From positions 190,305 through 254,304 of the forward strand of contig CAVYGQ010000001.1 in the NCBI GenBank assembly GCA_963768175.1: a stretch of 64,000 bases of DNA, given 5' to 3'. This document shows, piece after piece, positions 1 through 9,176 of the stretch. The first letter of the stretch is position 1, and every line of letters starts with the position of its first letter. This DNA is from Candidatus Doudnabacteria bacterium (lineage in GTDB: Bacteria; Patescibacteriota; Doudnabacteria; UBA920). The notes beneath the pieces were generated by a model. The model ran no database searches, had not been told where the DNA came from, and saw only the letters and a program-made list of their open reading frames with translations. A program made the position numbers and the translations under genes.

Positions 1-37
1 AAAATAGGTTAAACGCTCACGTAAATATTAATATTTT

Positions 38-601
38 ATGCCAACAAAGGATACAGCAGCCAAGCACAAGACGGTGCCAAAAACACCGCGCAAACCCAAA
101 GCCACGACCGTAAAAAAGACGGAAGCAATTCATCATGTCCGCAAACATACCGAAGCTGTCCCGGCTCCAGCTGTAGAAAAAGCGATTGTCCATGAAAAGC
201 ATGCTGCGGCTGAAGGCAGGTACATTTTTGCCACTGGTCGCAGAAAAACCGCGGTCTCCAATGTCCGCCTATTTGAAGGAAAGGGCGAATCCATAGTAAA
301 CAAAATTCCAGTGGAAAAATACTTTTCCTACAGTTTTTTTATGGAAGAAATCAACCGGCCATTTCAGGTTACCGGTTTAACCGGTAAATATCACTTTACT
401 GCCCACGTTAATGGTGGCGGCCCGCATGCCCAGGCTACGGCAGTCCGTCACGGCGTAGCCATGGCTTTAAGCAAGGTTTCTGAAGATGTGCGCAAAGTCC
501 TAAAGAAAAATGGCTTTTTAACCCGCGACGACCGTAAAAAAGAGCGCAAAAAGCCTGGTCTCAAACGCGCCCGCCGTTCCCCACAGTGGGCGAAGCGTTA
601 A
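38..601 (+). CDS. rpsI: 30S ribosomal protein S9 (uS9) with ~60-aa Lys/Pro/Ala-rich N-terminal extension
   Basis: Core GRRKTAVSNVRLF...TGKYHFTAHVNGGGPHAQATAVRHGVAMAL and the C-terminal KKPGLKRARRSPQWAKR tail are S9 hallmarks; preceded by K/T/P-rich extension. Confidence 0.85.
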   Translation: MPTKDTAAKHKTVPKTPRKPKATTVKKTEAIHHVRKHTEAVPAPAVEKAIVHEKHAAAEGRYIFATGRRKTAVSNVRLFEGKGESIVNKIPVEKYFSYSFFMEEINRPFQVTGLTGKYHFTAHVNGGGPHAQATAVRHGVAMALSKVSEDVRKVLKKNGFLTRDDRKKERKKPGLKRARRSPQWAKR

Positions 602-605
602 TTTT

Positions 606-644
606 AAAAAAACCGTCCAAGCTTATCGCTGGCCGGTTTTTTTG
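606..644 (+). terminator. putative rho-independent terminator after rpsI (A-tract / GC hairpin / T-tract)
   Basis: aaaaaaaccgtccaagc...gctggccggtttttttg directly after stop codon. Confidence 0.4.
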
Positions 645-953
645 TTTGATAGATTGCCCACCCTAAGCTTGCCGAATGGGTGGGCCAAGAGATAAAAATG
701 TTACAAACACCCTGTTTTTGCAGGGTGTTTTAGTATTTAGCTAGGTTAACGTAATAAAATTATCTATTTTTTTGTGTGTCAAAGACTATTTATCCACAGG
801 CATTTACGCCTTTATACTTGCGGGCACATTTAAAATGGTGTACAATTATGAAAAATGTATGAAGGGTATAATATGGGGCAAGTTTAGAAATTTATCATCT
901 ATCCAAAAACCACATAATTATAAGAAACATAATAAATAACAAAACAAAAAATT

Positions 954-1421
954 ATGAATGTAAAGACGATTAGCCTTAAAGGTTTTACTTTAATTGAGCT
1001 TTTAGTGGTCATTTCTATTATTGCGCTCTTAGCTTCCATAGTTTTAGTGGCATTAAATAACGCCAGGATGAAGTCCCGCGATGCCGCAAGAGTCGCAAAT
1101 ATGAACCAATTAGCCAAGGCTTTTGAGCTATATTATAACGATAAGTTCAGCTATCCTACAAGCGGTGCCGGGTCTTTGTCTACCAGTGCAATTCCGGGCC
1201 TTTTAATCCCCAACTATTTAAGCAAGATGCCCCTTACTATTAACCCCGCTGATGGAAGTTGCAGTTCAGTAGCTGGGGTAAACGGTTCAAATGATTATTA
1301 TATCTACAATAACGCCGCTACTAGTGTAACAAACTCTTACGCTATTACTTTTTGTTTAGGTTCCTCAGTCGGGGCGGTTCCCGCCGGGCCGCATACGCTT
1401 ACCCCGGCTGGTATTCAATGA
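954..1421 (+). CDS. type IV pilin / pseudopilin (prepilin-type N-terminal methylation motif)
   Basis: N-terminus KGFTLIELLVVISIIALLASIVL is the class III signal/N-methylation motif; C-terminal TFCLGSSVGAVPAGPHTLTPAGIQ tail. Confidence 0.85.
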   Translation: MNVKTISLKGFTLIELLVVISIIALLASIVLVALNNARMKSRDAARVANMNQLAKAFELYYNDKFSYPTSGAGSLSTSAIPGLLIPNYLSKMPLTINPADGSCSSVAGVNGSNDYYIYNNAATSVTNSYAITFCLGSSVGAVPAGPHTLTPAGIQ

Positions 1422-1511
1422 TTTGATTTTAGATATTTAAACAAGAAACTGATAACGTCTGGGACGAAACCCTTGCGACTGTAGTTATATATAAAGTATT
1501 TAAAAAACAAA

Positions 1512-2606
1512 TTGGACATAGCGAATTTTTTTAGAGCAATAAATCATTTTAGAAGTTGGCCGTCTTTACCAGTTCCTTACCAAAGGATTTGGAGGTTTTT
1601 TAGCGCCGCCATTGTTATAGTTTTGGCGTTATTTTGTGATTTGCGTTTCCCAATTTTTCACGGATTCCCCAGCATATTGTTGTTCGCGGCTGTTATTTTT
1701 TCGACTTGGTACGCCGGTTTTTGGCCCGGATTAATGTGTATTATTATTGCCGTGCTGTCGCTGGATTATTATTTTACCAAACCCCTTGATACCCTTAGTT
1801 TTGGCCCAAGCTCAATTGCTCAAACAATCGTATTTGTTTTTGCGGCCATATTGATAAGCTCTTTGGTTGAATCCCAGCATCGGGCAGAACAGACGGTTGG
1901 CATGTTGGCTAACAAACAAAAACGTTTTATCGCTGACGCTTCTCATGAATTATTTACACCGCTGTCGGTAATTAGGGCCCAAAGCGAGGTTGTATTACGG
2001 AGTCCTGCTTCTAATCTTGTGGATTACCAAGAAATGACCTCCGATACTATCGCGGAGGTTGACCGGATGTCTAAAATCGTGGAAAATCTTTTGGAATTAT
2101 CGCGTAATGAATACAAAACCAAGGCGGAATTAACCAAGCCAGTGGAATTAAGCGAACTTGCCCAGGGCGTGCTGGATAAAATAAAAATTTTAGCAGACAA
2201 ACAGAATATTATTTTGATTATGACCGGGAAAGATAGGGGGAAAATTAATGGCGACGCCACAGCATTGACTCATATGATTATTAACCTTTTGCAGAACGCT
2301 ATCCAATATACACCGGCGGAAGGTAAAATTAGTGTTGGGGTGTTTGCTAAAGATAAAACTATGCAGCTTATAATTCAAGATACCGGCATGGGGATTGCCC
2401 CGGAGCATTTGCCGTATATTTTTGACCCTTTTTATAAAACTGATGAGGCCAGAAAAAGGCGTCAAAGCGGCGCTGGGCTAGGGCTTACTATAGTAAAAGA
2501 GGTGGTGGATTTTCATAAAGGCAAAATAGATATTAAGAGTAAGGTTAATCATGGTACAATAATAACAATTGAATTTCCCAAAGCCGAATTTTTAGATGGA
2601 ATTTAA
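1512..2606 (+). CDS. sensor histidine kinase (membrane sensor + HisKA + HATPase_c)
   Basis: H-box FIADASHELFTPLSV; G-boxes DTGMGIAPEHLPYIFDPFY and GAGLGLTIVKEVV; N-terminal TM segments. Confidence 0.85.
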   Translation: MDIANFFRAINHFRSWPSLPVPYQRIWRFFSAAIVIVLALFCDLRFPIFHGFPSILLFAAVIFSTWYAGFWPGLMCIIIAVLSLDYYFTKPLDTLSFGPSSIAQTIVFVFAAILISSLVESQHRAEQTVGMLANKQKRFIADASHELFTPLSVIRAQSEVVLRSPASNLVDYQEMTSDTIAEVDRMSKIVENLLELSRNEYKTKAELTKPVELSELAQGVLDKIKILADKQNIILIMTGKDRGKINGDATALTHMIINLLQNAIQYTPAEGKISVGVFAKDKTMQLIIQDTGMGIAPEHLPYIFDPFYKTDEARKRRQSGAGLGLTIVKEVVDFHKGKIDIKSKVNHGTIITIEFPKAEFLDGI

Positions 2607-2611
2607 AATTT

Positions 2612-3289
2612 ATGAAAATTTGCATTATTGAAGACGAAGAACTTCTGGCAAAAGCCTTATGTAAAGGTTTGAATAATTTGGGTTATCAGGCAGAATATTT
2701 TTTGGATGGAGCGGAAGGGTGTAAAAGTTTGGAACTTGGCCACGAAGATTATGATTTGGCGATGGTTGATTTAATGCTTCCCAAAAAAAGTGGTTTGGAA
2801 ATTTGCCGAAGTTTGCGCGAGAAAAAAATTACTTTGCCAATTTTAATCCTAAGTGCCCGTGATAGCGTGGTCGATAAAACCAAACTGCTGCAAAACGGAG
2901 CGGACGATTATTTGACTAAGCCATTTTCTTTTGAAGAGCTGGCCGCTCGCATACAGGCTTTGCTGAGACGGCCCAGAGCTTCTTTACTGATTGAATTAAA
3001 GGTAGGAAGTTTGAGCTTGGAGACAATTAATCATAAGGTTTGCTATAAAAATAACGAAATTCCTTTGTCTTTAAAAGAGTTTGATTTATTGGAATATTTT
3101 GTCAGGCACCCTAAACAAACCATTACTAGGGAACAGCTTTTAAAAGATCTTTGGGATTTTGATTCAGCCAGTAACATTATAGAAGTTCATATTAAAAATT
3201 TGAGAAAAAAAATAAAAAAGCATACCAACGAAGAAATTTTGCAAACAGTCTGGGGCAGCGGTTACAGGCTGAACGGTGATTTTAAATAG
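2612..3289 (+). CDS. OmpR-family response regulator (receiver + winged-helix)
   Basis: MKICIIEDEE...DLMLP receiver motifs; C-terminal EVHIKNLRKKI...GSGYRL trans_reg_C; 5-nt gap to kinase. Confidence 0.85.
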   Translation: MKICIIEDEELLAKALCKGLNNLGYQAEYFLDGAEGCKSLELGHEDYDLAMVDLMLPKKSGLEICRSLREKKITLPILILSARDSVVDKTKLLQNGADDYLTKPFSFEELAARIQALLRRPRASLLIELKVGSLSLETINHKVCYKNNEIPLSLKEFDLLEYFVRHPKQTITREQLLKDLWDFDSASNIIEVHIKNLRKKIKKHTNEEILQTVWGSGYRLNGDFK

Positions 3290-3386
3290 ATAAAAAACGA
3301 GGATCCCCAGATGGCTAGCTTTGTAGTTTTGTTTTACTAATTTAAATGGTATAATAGTTTGGATCAAACAATTAAGTAAAACATGT

Positions 3387-4178
3387 ATGGAAAACATCTT
3401 GCCAAAATGGCTGGTTAACGGCCTGGGAGGATTGCTAATAGCTTTTGTAGCGCTTTTGGTAGTCCAACAAATCTACAATTTTAACCAAGTTGTAAAGAAC
3501 CAAAAGCCGGTCAATACGATTTCCGTTTCGGCGGACGGCAAGGTTACTGCCACGCCTGACCTGGCTACCGTTGACCTTGGAGTAATGACCCAGGCTTCCA
3601 CAGCCACGGGTGCCAAAAATCAAAACGACCAAAAGGTAAACCAAGTTATTGCGTTTGTAAAACAGCAGGGGATAGCTGCTGCAGACATCCAAACTCAGCA
3701 GCTTAATTTGTACCCTCAGCAAAGCTACGATGGAGTAATGATCCCGGGCGGCGTTTCAAGCACTCCCAAAATAACGGGGTATCAGGCCAATCAAACCGTG
3801 GAAATAAAGATCCACGGGGTAGATAAAGACCAGGCGGTTTTGGAAAAAATTTTGGACGGTTCGGTTAACAACGGTGCTAACGAAGTGGACGGAGTAAATT
3901 TTAGCTTTAATAACCCCGACAGCTTGCAGCAGAAAGCCCAGGAGCAAGCCATTGCCAATGCCAAGGTAAAGGCCCAGGCTTTGGCCCAGGCCGCGGGTTT
4001 AAGCTTAGGTAAAGTTGTCAGTATCTCAGAAATTTCCAGCAACCTGCCCGTGCCAGTCCCTTATGCCCTTAATTCGGCTTTGGGCACGCCTGCCACCGCA
4101 AAATCCGTTGCTCCCAACATCCAGCCCGGCAGTCAAGATATTACGGAAAGTATGAGCGTGACTTTCGAGATCAAATAA
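3387..4178 (+). CDS. SIMPL/DUF541 (YggE-like) periplasmic protein
   Basis: N-terminal TM anchor then SIMPL-like repeats (ISVSADGKVTATPDLATVDLGV..., QQKAQEQAIANAKVKAQALAQAAG). Confidence 0.6.
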   Translation: MENILPKWLVNGLGGLLIAFVALLVVQQIYNFNQVVKNQKPVNTISVSADGKVTATPDLATVDLGVMTQASTATGAKNQNDQKVNQVIAFVKQQGIAAADIQTQQLNLYPQQSYDGVMIPGGVSSTPKITGYQANQTVEIKIHGVDKDQAVLEKILDGSVNNGANEVDGVNFSFNNPDSLQQKAQEQAIANAKVKAQALAQAAGLSLGKVVSISEISSNLPVPVPYALNSALGTPATAKSVAPNIQPGSQDITESMSVTFEIK

Positions 4179-4260
4179 TTTAATTTTGATAGACTGAAGT
4201 CCGCCGTAGCCTTGGCGAAAGCGGAGAGGTCAAATAAATCAAGCTAATTAATACAAAATA

Positions 4261-4290
4261 AAAGCCGCCACCCATAGGGTGGCGGCTTTT
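4261..4290. terminator. bidirectional hairpin terminator (SIMPL gene on +, rnpB on -)
   Basis: aaagccgccaccc-atag-ggtggcggctttt perfect 13-bp stem flanked by A/T runs. Confidence 0.6.
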
Positions 4291-4292
4291 AT

Positions 4293-4707
4293 GCCCTAAG
4301 CAAACTCGTAAGCCGAATTCTGTTTAACACCCTGTTAAATAATTTGCCGAAGGCAAATTGCCGCATAGCGGCATTTAATAGGGTAAATAATCATCTATCT
4401 TGTCCAAGTATTGCTACATGGATCTAGCAGCCTACCAAATTTGGCTTTGCACTCAAGTAAGGATTTAGCCGTTTCATCCCTCGACTTCGCTCGGGACCTT
4501 ACGGCCCCGGCTTATACGAAAGTTAATCCAAAATTGGATTCTTGATTCCTTTCGGTCACAAGCGTCTCTGTTCGCACCTCGCGCCTTGCGGCGGACGGGA
4601 GTTACCCGCTACCATTGCTGATGGGCTCTATAGGGGACCATCAACTAAGTGTTCGGACTTTCCTATCTCTGGATTGACCAAAGATTGATTATTCGGTTTG
4701 CTTAGAG
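4293..4707 (-). ncRNA. rnpB: RNase P RNA (bacterial type A-like)
   Basis: Minus-strand reading gives P4 5' strand AGGAAAGTCCGAACAC, GAGGGATGAAACGG (P10-12 region), P4 3' strand ACAGAATTCGGCTTACGAG, and a P1 helix CTAAGCAAAC/GTTTGCTTAG joining the ends; no ORF in this 600-bp gap. Confidence 0.8.
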
Positions 4708-4799
4708 CCTACATAGTTTATCAGAATTTGAAAATTTTGTCAATCTATGGTTAACCAGCTATTTTTTATAACCAAAAATAATGGTATAATAATAGCAAC

Positions 4800-6236
4800 A
4801 TGAAGAAAACCGAACTTATTTTTAATATTGTTTCCATACCCGTTGATGCGATTATGCTGCTGCTTGCCGGCATAGTTTCTTTTTATTTTAGGGGCCATTT
4901 TACCGGCATAGTCGGGCCGATTATTTACCAGCTTAACTTAAGCCAATTTTTGACCGTTATTGAGAAAATTATTCCGGCTTTGATTATAATTTTCGCGTTT
5001 TTAGGGCTCTACAACCTGCGTGGCACCAGAAAGTTTTTGCAGGAATTCAGCAAGATTGTTATCGGTGAATCGCTGGGTTTGCTTTTGGTTATACTATTGT
5101 TCTTTTTTAATCAAAGCATTTTTCCGTCACGTTTTATTATTTTAGCCACTTGGGCGATGGGGATAATTTTTGTATTTGTGGGACGAACGGTTTTAAGGCA
5201 GCTACAAAAAACGCTGTTTTCGAAAAATATTGGTTTGCATAAACTGGTAATAATTAGCGGTGAGGGCGGCGAAGTTCCGATAATCGAGCAGGTTTATAAA
5301 AATAAAAGGTACGGGTACGAAATTAGTGGGGAACTAAAATACGGCCAAAACATTTTTGATAATCTAGAAAAGCTTTACGGCGAAAATAAAATCGATGAAA
5401 TTTTACAGGCAAATCCAGCCTTGGACGATGAATCAAACTTGAAGCTGGTACAATTTGCCAGGAATAACGGTTTGAGTTTTTCTTTTGTGCCTAACTTGTT
5501 TGAAGTCCAGCGCAATGCCGTAGAAATGTCCGAACTCAAAGGCATACCGGTTATTGCTTTAAAAAACACACCGCTGGATGGCTGGGGGCAGGTTATTAAG
5601 CGCGTTACGGATATAATTTTATCCGCGCTCTGTTTAATTGTTACTTCGCCAATATTTTTGATTATCGCCGTAGCTATAAAAATTGACAGCAGGGGCAAAA
5701 TTATTTATTCGGCCAAGCGCGGGGGCAAAGACAGGGACTTTACTTTTTATAAATTCCGGACTATGTATAGCCACCTCTCCGTAGGCGAGGAATACGGCGG
5801 GGTACAGGCGGAAGCAATCCGCAGGGAGCTGTGGAAAAAAAATAACCGAGGTGGCGAAATTGGCCCATTTTTAAAAGTTAAACACGACCCGAGAGTCACT
5901 CGTGTCGGCAGGTTTTTGCGCAAGACCAAACTTGATGAAATTCCGCAATTTTGGAACGTATTGTTAGGCGACATGAGCATGGTCGGGCCCAGGGCTCACG
6001 TGCTGGACGAGGTTGGCCGCTATCGAAACCGTTATAGGCGGATGTTCTCTATAAAACCCGGAGCCTTTGGTATGGCGCAAATCGCCCAAGTTTCCTGGCC
6101 GGATTTGCCGTTTGAGGAAGAAATCAAGTTAAATACCTATTATATTGAAAACTGGTCGCTGTGGTTGGATATAAAAATTTTGGCAAAAAGTTTTTGGCTG
6201 TTGTGTTTTGGAGCAAAGTCCAAGGAAGACTATTAA
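4800..6236 (+). CDS. polyprenyl-phosphate sugar phosphotransferase (WbaP/bacterial sugar transferase family), priming glycosyltransferase
   Basis: N-terminal TM helices; C-terminal bac_transf motifs [16 protein letters not shown]...FYKFRTM...[21 protein letters not shown]. Confidence 0.85.
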   Translation: MKKTELIFNIVSIPVDAIMLLLAGIVSFYFRGHFTGIVGPIIYQLNLSQFLTVIEKIIPALIIIFAFLGLYNLRGTRKFLQEFSKIVIGESLGLLLVILLFFFNQSIFPSRFIILATWAMGIIFVFVGRTVLRQLQKTLFSKNIGLHKLVIISGEGGEVPIIEQVYKNKRYGYEISGELKYGQNIFDNLEKLYGENKIDEILQANPALDDESNLKLVQFARNNGLSFSFVPNLFEVQRNAVEMSELKGIPVIALKNTPLDGWGQVIKRVTDIILSALCLIVTSPIFLIIAVAIKIDSRGKIIYSAKRGGKDRDFTFYKFRTMYSHLSVGEEYGGVQAEAIRRELWKKNNRGGEIGPFLKVKHDPRVTRVGRFLRKTKLDEIPQFWNVLLGDMSMVGPRAHVLDEVGRYRNRYRRMFSIKPGAFGMAQIAQVSWPDLPFEEEIKLNTYYIENWSLWLDIKILAKSFWLLCFGAKSKEDY

Positions 6237-6316
6237 ACTGATACCAATCCACGAATGGGATACGAATGGCATGAATTCGTAACATTCGTAGGAATTTGTA
6301 TATTAGTATCGCTTAA

Positions 6317-7417
6317 ATGAAAATTGCCATTGCGCACGATTCGTTTACCCAACTTGGCGGCGCGGAAAGAGTCGTAGATGCCTTACACGAGCTTTTCCCG
6401 AACGCGCCCGTGTTTACTTTGGTGTATGATCCAAAGTTTAAAGCAAAGTATAAAAATTGGGATATCCACACTTCGGGTCTCCAGACTTTGTTTTTGAGCC
6501 TGGGCAAGCTTCAGTATCTTTTGCCACTAATACCTTGGGCCGTAGACAATTTGGACTTCAGCGGTTTTGATCTGGTAATATCTTCCAGTTCCGGTTTTGC
6601 AAAAAATATCCGCGTCCCCAAGAATTGTGTCCACTTAAATTATTGTCATACTCCAACCAGATTTTTATGGACAGAGCCGGATTATGTAAACCGTGAAGTC
6701 CCTGTTTTAATTCGCCCCTTAGTTAAGCCGCTTTTAGGGCACATGAAAAAATGGGATTATAATGGTGCCCAGCGGGTAAACAAATTTATTGCCAATTCAA
6801 AAGAAGTTCAAGCGCGAATAAAGAAATATTACACCCGTGACAGTACCATAATTTATCCGTTTATCAATACCGAATTCTGGAATCCCGTAGTGCAACCTCC
6901 CGGGGTGCCTATAAAACGGGATTATTTTCTCCTTGCCGGTCGCTTACAAGTTTACAAGAACAACGAATTTATGATCGGAATTTTCAACGATATCGGTTTG
7001 CCGCTTCACGTTGTAGGTACCGGCAGACAGGAAAATTATTTGCGGTCAATTGCCAAACCTAACATTAAATTTTTTGGTTATGTAAGCAATGAGCGTTTGC
7101 GGGATGAATACAGCGGTGCTAAAGGGTTTATTTTCCCCCAGCTGGAAGACTTTGGCCTAATGCCCCTGGAAGCCGCGGCCTGCGGCACGGCAACATTGGC
7201 CTATGGTAAAGGGGGCTCGCTGGAAACGATTATCCCGGGAGTGACAGGAGAATTTTTTGACAGCTATGATAAAGAAAAAATCAAGCAACTCATTTTATCC
7301 TGGGACCCTCAAAAATATACAGCCGATAATTTGCGCCAACAAGCCGAAAAATTCAGCAAAGAAATATTTAAAGAAAATATAAAAAGGGAGGTTTCTAAAC
7401 TAAAGGAATTTTTATGA
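6317..7417 (+). CDS. glycosyltransferase family 4
   Basis: EDFGLMPLEAAACGTATLAYGKGGSLETI (GT4 E-x7-E region). Confidence 0.75.
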   Translation: MKIAIAHDSFTQLGGAERVVDALHELFPNAPVFTLVYDPKFKAKYKNWDIHTSGLQTLFLSLGKLQYLLPLIPWAVDNLDFSGFDLVISSSSGFAKNIRVPKNCVHLNYCHTPTRFLWTEPDYVNREVPVLIRPLVKPLLGHMKKWDYNGAQRVNKFIANSKEVQARIKKYYTRDSTIIYPFINTEFWNPVVQPPGVPIKRDYFLLAGRLQVYKNNEFMIGIFNDIGLPLHVVGTGRQENYLRSIAKPNIKFFGYVSNERLRDEYSGAKGFIFPQLEDFGLMPLEAAACGTATLAYGKGGSLETIIPGVTGEFFDSYDKEKIKQLILSWDPQKYTADNLRQQAEKFSKEIFKENIKREVSKLKEFL

Positions 7418-8058
7418 ACGAAGGAAATAGGGAAGGTCAATTAGAGTCAGCGGTTAATAGGAAGCCTATTATTGTAGAAATAGGCCCGGCGGGGCAATAT
7501 GGTTCCGGTACGCCCGCCTCTCATTTTTCGAGGCGGGTTAGAGATAATATTGACCAAGGAGCATTGTATATCGGAGTTGATTCTAAAGAAGAAGACTTGA
7601 AAAAATTTATGCAGTCTCAGACTTTAGAATATGATGTCCAACAAGCATTAGTTGGCGATATGGCGCATTTACCTCTAGCAGATGAGAGCGCCGATGAGGT
7701 TTGGCTGATTAATGTATTTGGCAATCTAGACATACGTCCTGAAGTAACAGCAGATGGAACAAGAACTTGGAGAATAAATATGCAGCAGTTTTACAGAGAA
7801 TTAGCCAGGGTATTGAAAAGACAAGGAGAGATAATAATAGGGGAGTTAGGGCACCCTGTGGGTGGAATTGGAGCCACTGATTACTTAAAAAATGTAGATT
7901 TTGAGCAGTTTGGTTTAGAAAAACATTTATATATAGGAGAAAACCTTGTTGAGGCTTGTAAGAAACTTGGGATAACGGAAAAATTAAGGGAAATAATAAA
8001 GGAAGGCCGGCATTCTGATAATTTGGAGCCTTTCTTTATTCTTCTAAACAAACGGTAA
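7414..8058 (+). CDS. class I SAM-dependent methyltransferase-like protein (atypical codon usage)
   Basis: Motif I VEIGPAGQ, post-I YIGVDSKEED, motif II DMAHLPLADESADEVWLINVFG, motif III RVLKRQGEIIIGE; purine-rich AGA/AGG/GGA codons unlike neighbours; ATGA overlaps at both ends. Confidence 0.5.
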   Translation: MNEGNREGQLESAVNRKPIIVEIGPAGQYGSGTPASHFSRRVRDNIDQGALYIGVDSKEEDLKKFMQSQTLEYDVQQALVGDMAHLPLADESADEVWLINVFGNLDIRPEVTADGTRTWRINMQQFYRELARVLKRQGEIIIGELGHPVGGIGATDYLKNVDFEQFGLEKHLYIGENLVEACKKLGITEKLREIIKEGRHSDNLEPFFILLNKR

Positions 8059-9176
8059 TGAAAATCGCCATAGACCTTAGAAGCCTGTCCAGCGGCACGG
8101 TGAGCGGGGTGGAGAATTACTGCATGAATTTGGTGGAAAGCTTGCTGCTGCTTGACAGGCAAAACCAGTATTTATTGTTTTATAATTCCATACGGGCAAA
8201 GCAATTGCCCGATTTTCACTATGTTAATTCCACAATAAAGCAAAGCCGCATTCCGAGTAAAATTTTAAATTTGGCTTTTAAATTTAATTTGACACAAATT
8301 GAAAAGTTTACAGGTGAGTGTGATTGGTTATTTATGCCCAACTTAAACCAGTTCAACATCGGCCCAAATACAAAACTAGCGATTACCGTTCACGACTTAT
8401 CACCGGTAGTGACTCCGGAATTTTACAATTTGAAAAGAAAGATCTGGCATAAATTTTTAAATTATAAAAAGGCTTTTGAGCGCGCCAATACACTGTTTGC
8501 GGTTTCTGAATACACCAAAGATGATCTGATTAGAATTTTCAATATAAGCGCAAAAAAAATTAAAGTTGTCTCTCCAGGAATAAACCGCGCAGCGTTTAAC
8601 CAGGGTATCTTAATAAACAATCAGAGGCTGGTTAGGAATCTTTATGGCCTGCCGGGTGATTTTATTTTGTTTTTAAATACCATAGAGCCGAGAAAAAATC
8701 TAGCGGGGGTAATCAGCGCTTTTGAAAAAATTAAATCCCCGGCTTCTTTAGTCATTGCAGGCCGCTTAGGATGGAAATACAAAAAAGACTTCAAGCTCAT
8801 AGAAAGCAGCAAAAAGTCTGCTAAAATAAAATATATAGGCTACGTTTCAGAAGAACATAAGCCGGCCTTAATTAAAATGGCTAAAATTTTGGTTTACCCA
8901 AGTTTTTATGAAGGCTTTGGTTTCCAGCCGCTTGAAGCCATGGCCGTAGGCACGCCTGTAGTAGTTAGTTACTTAACTTCTTTGCCGGAAATGGCCGGGG
9001 GTGCCGGGCTTTTGGTTGACCCATATAATTCAAATAGTCTAGCAAGTGCCATTGATCAGATTTTAACTAATGAAAAATTAAGGGAGTCGTTAATTCAAAA
9101 GGGTTTTGCCCAAGCGGAAAAATTTAATTGGCAAAAGACAGCGGAAGAAGTATTAGATTCTTTTAAAGTATTATGA
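8058..9176 (+). CDS. glycosyltransferase family 4
   Basis: EGFGFQPLEAMAVGTPVVVS motif. Confidence 0.75.
   Translation: MKIAIDLRSLSSGTVSGVENYCMNLVESLLLLDRQNQYLLFYNSIRAKQLPDFHYVNSTIKQSRIPSKILNLAFKFNLTQIEKFTGECDWLFMPNLNQFNIGPNTKLAITVHDLSPVVTPEFYNLKRKIWHKFLNYKKAFERANTLFAVSEYTKDDLIRIFNISAKKIKVVSPGINRAAFNQGILINNQRLVRNLYGLPGDFILFLNTIEPRKNLAGVISAFEKIKSPASLVIAGRLGWKYKKDFKLIESSKKSAKIKYIGYVSEEHKPALIKMAKILVYPSFYEGFGFQPLEAMAVGTPVVVSYLTSLPEMAGGAGLLVDPYNSNSLASAIDQILTNEKLRESLIQKGFAQAEKFNWQKTAEEVLDSFKVL

Noticed and set aside
2024-2465. Antisense ORFs of 60-170 aa inside annotated genes throughout the window (e.g. 2024..2260, 5375..5698, 23093..23596, 44259..44843, 61882..62424)
   Set aside because: Fully embedded opposite well-supported conserved genes. 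No SD or domain signatures. Typical shadow ORFs.
4478-4495. Motif ccctcgacttcgctcggg shared with 27882-27903 (5'UTR of the sigma-r4/HARE-HTH gene)
   Set aside because: The first copy lies inside the RNase P RNA (P10-12 region), where its sequence is explained by RNA structure. The 18/21 match is most likely coincidental or a weak relative of the GTCAT-family repeat arm.
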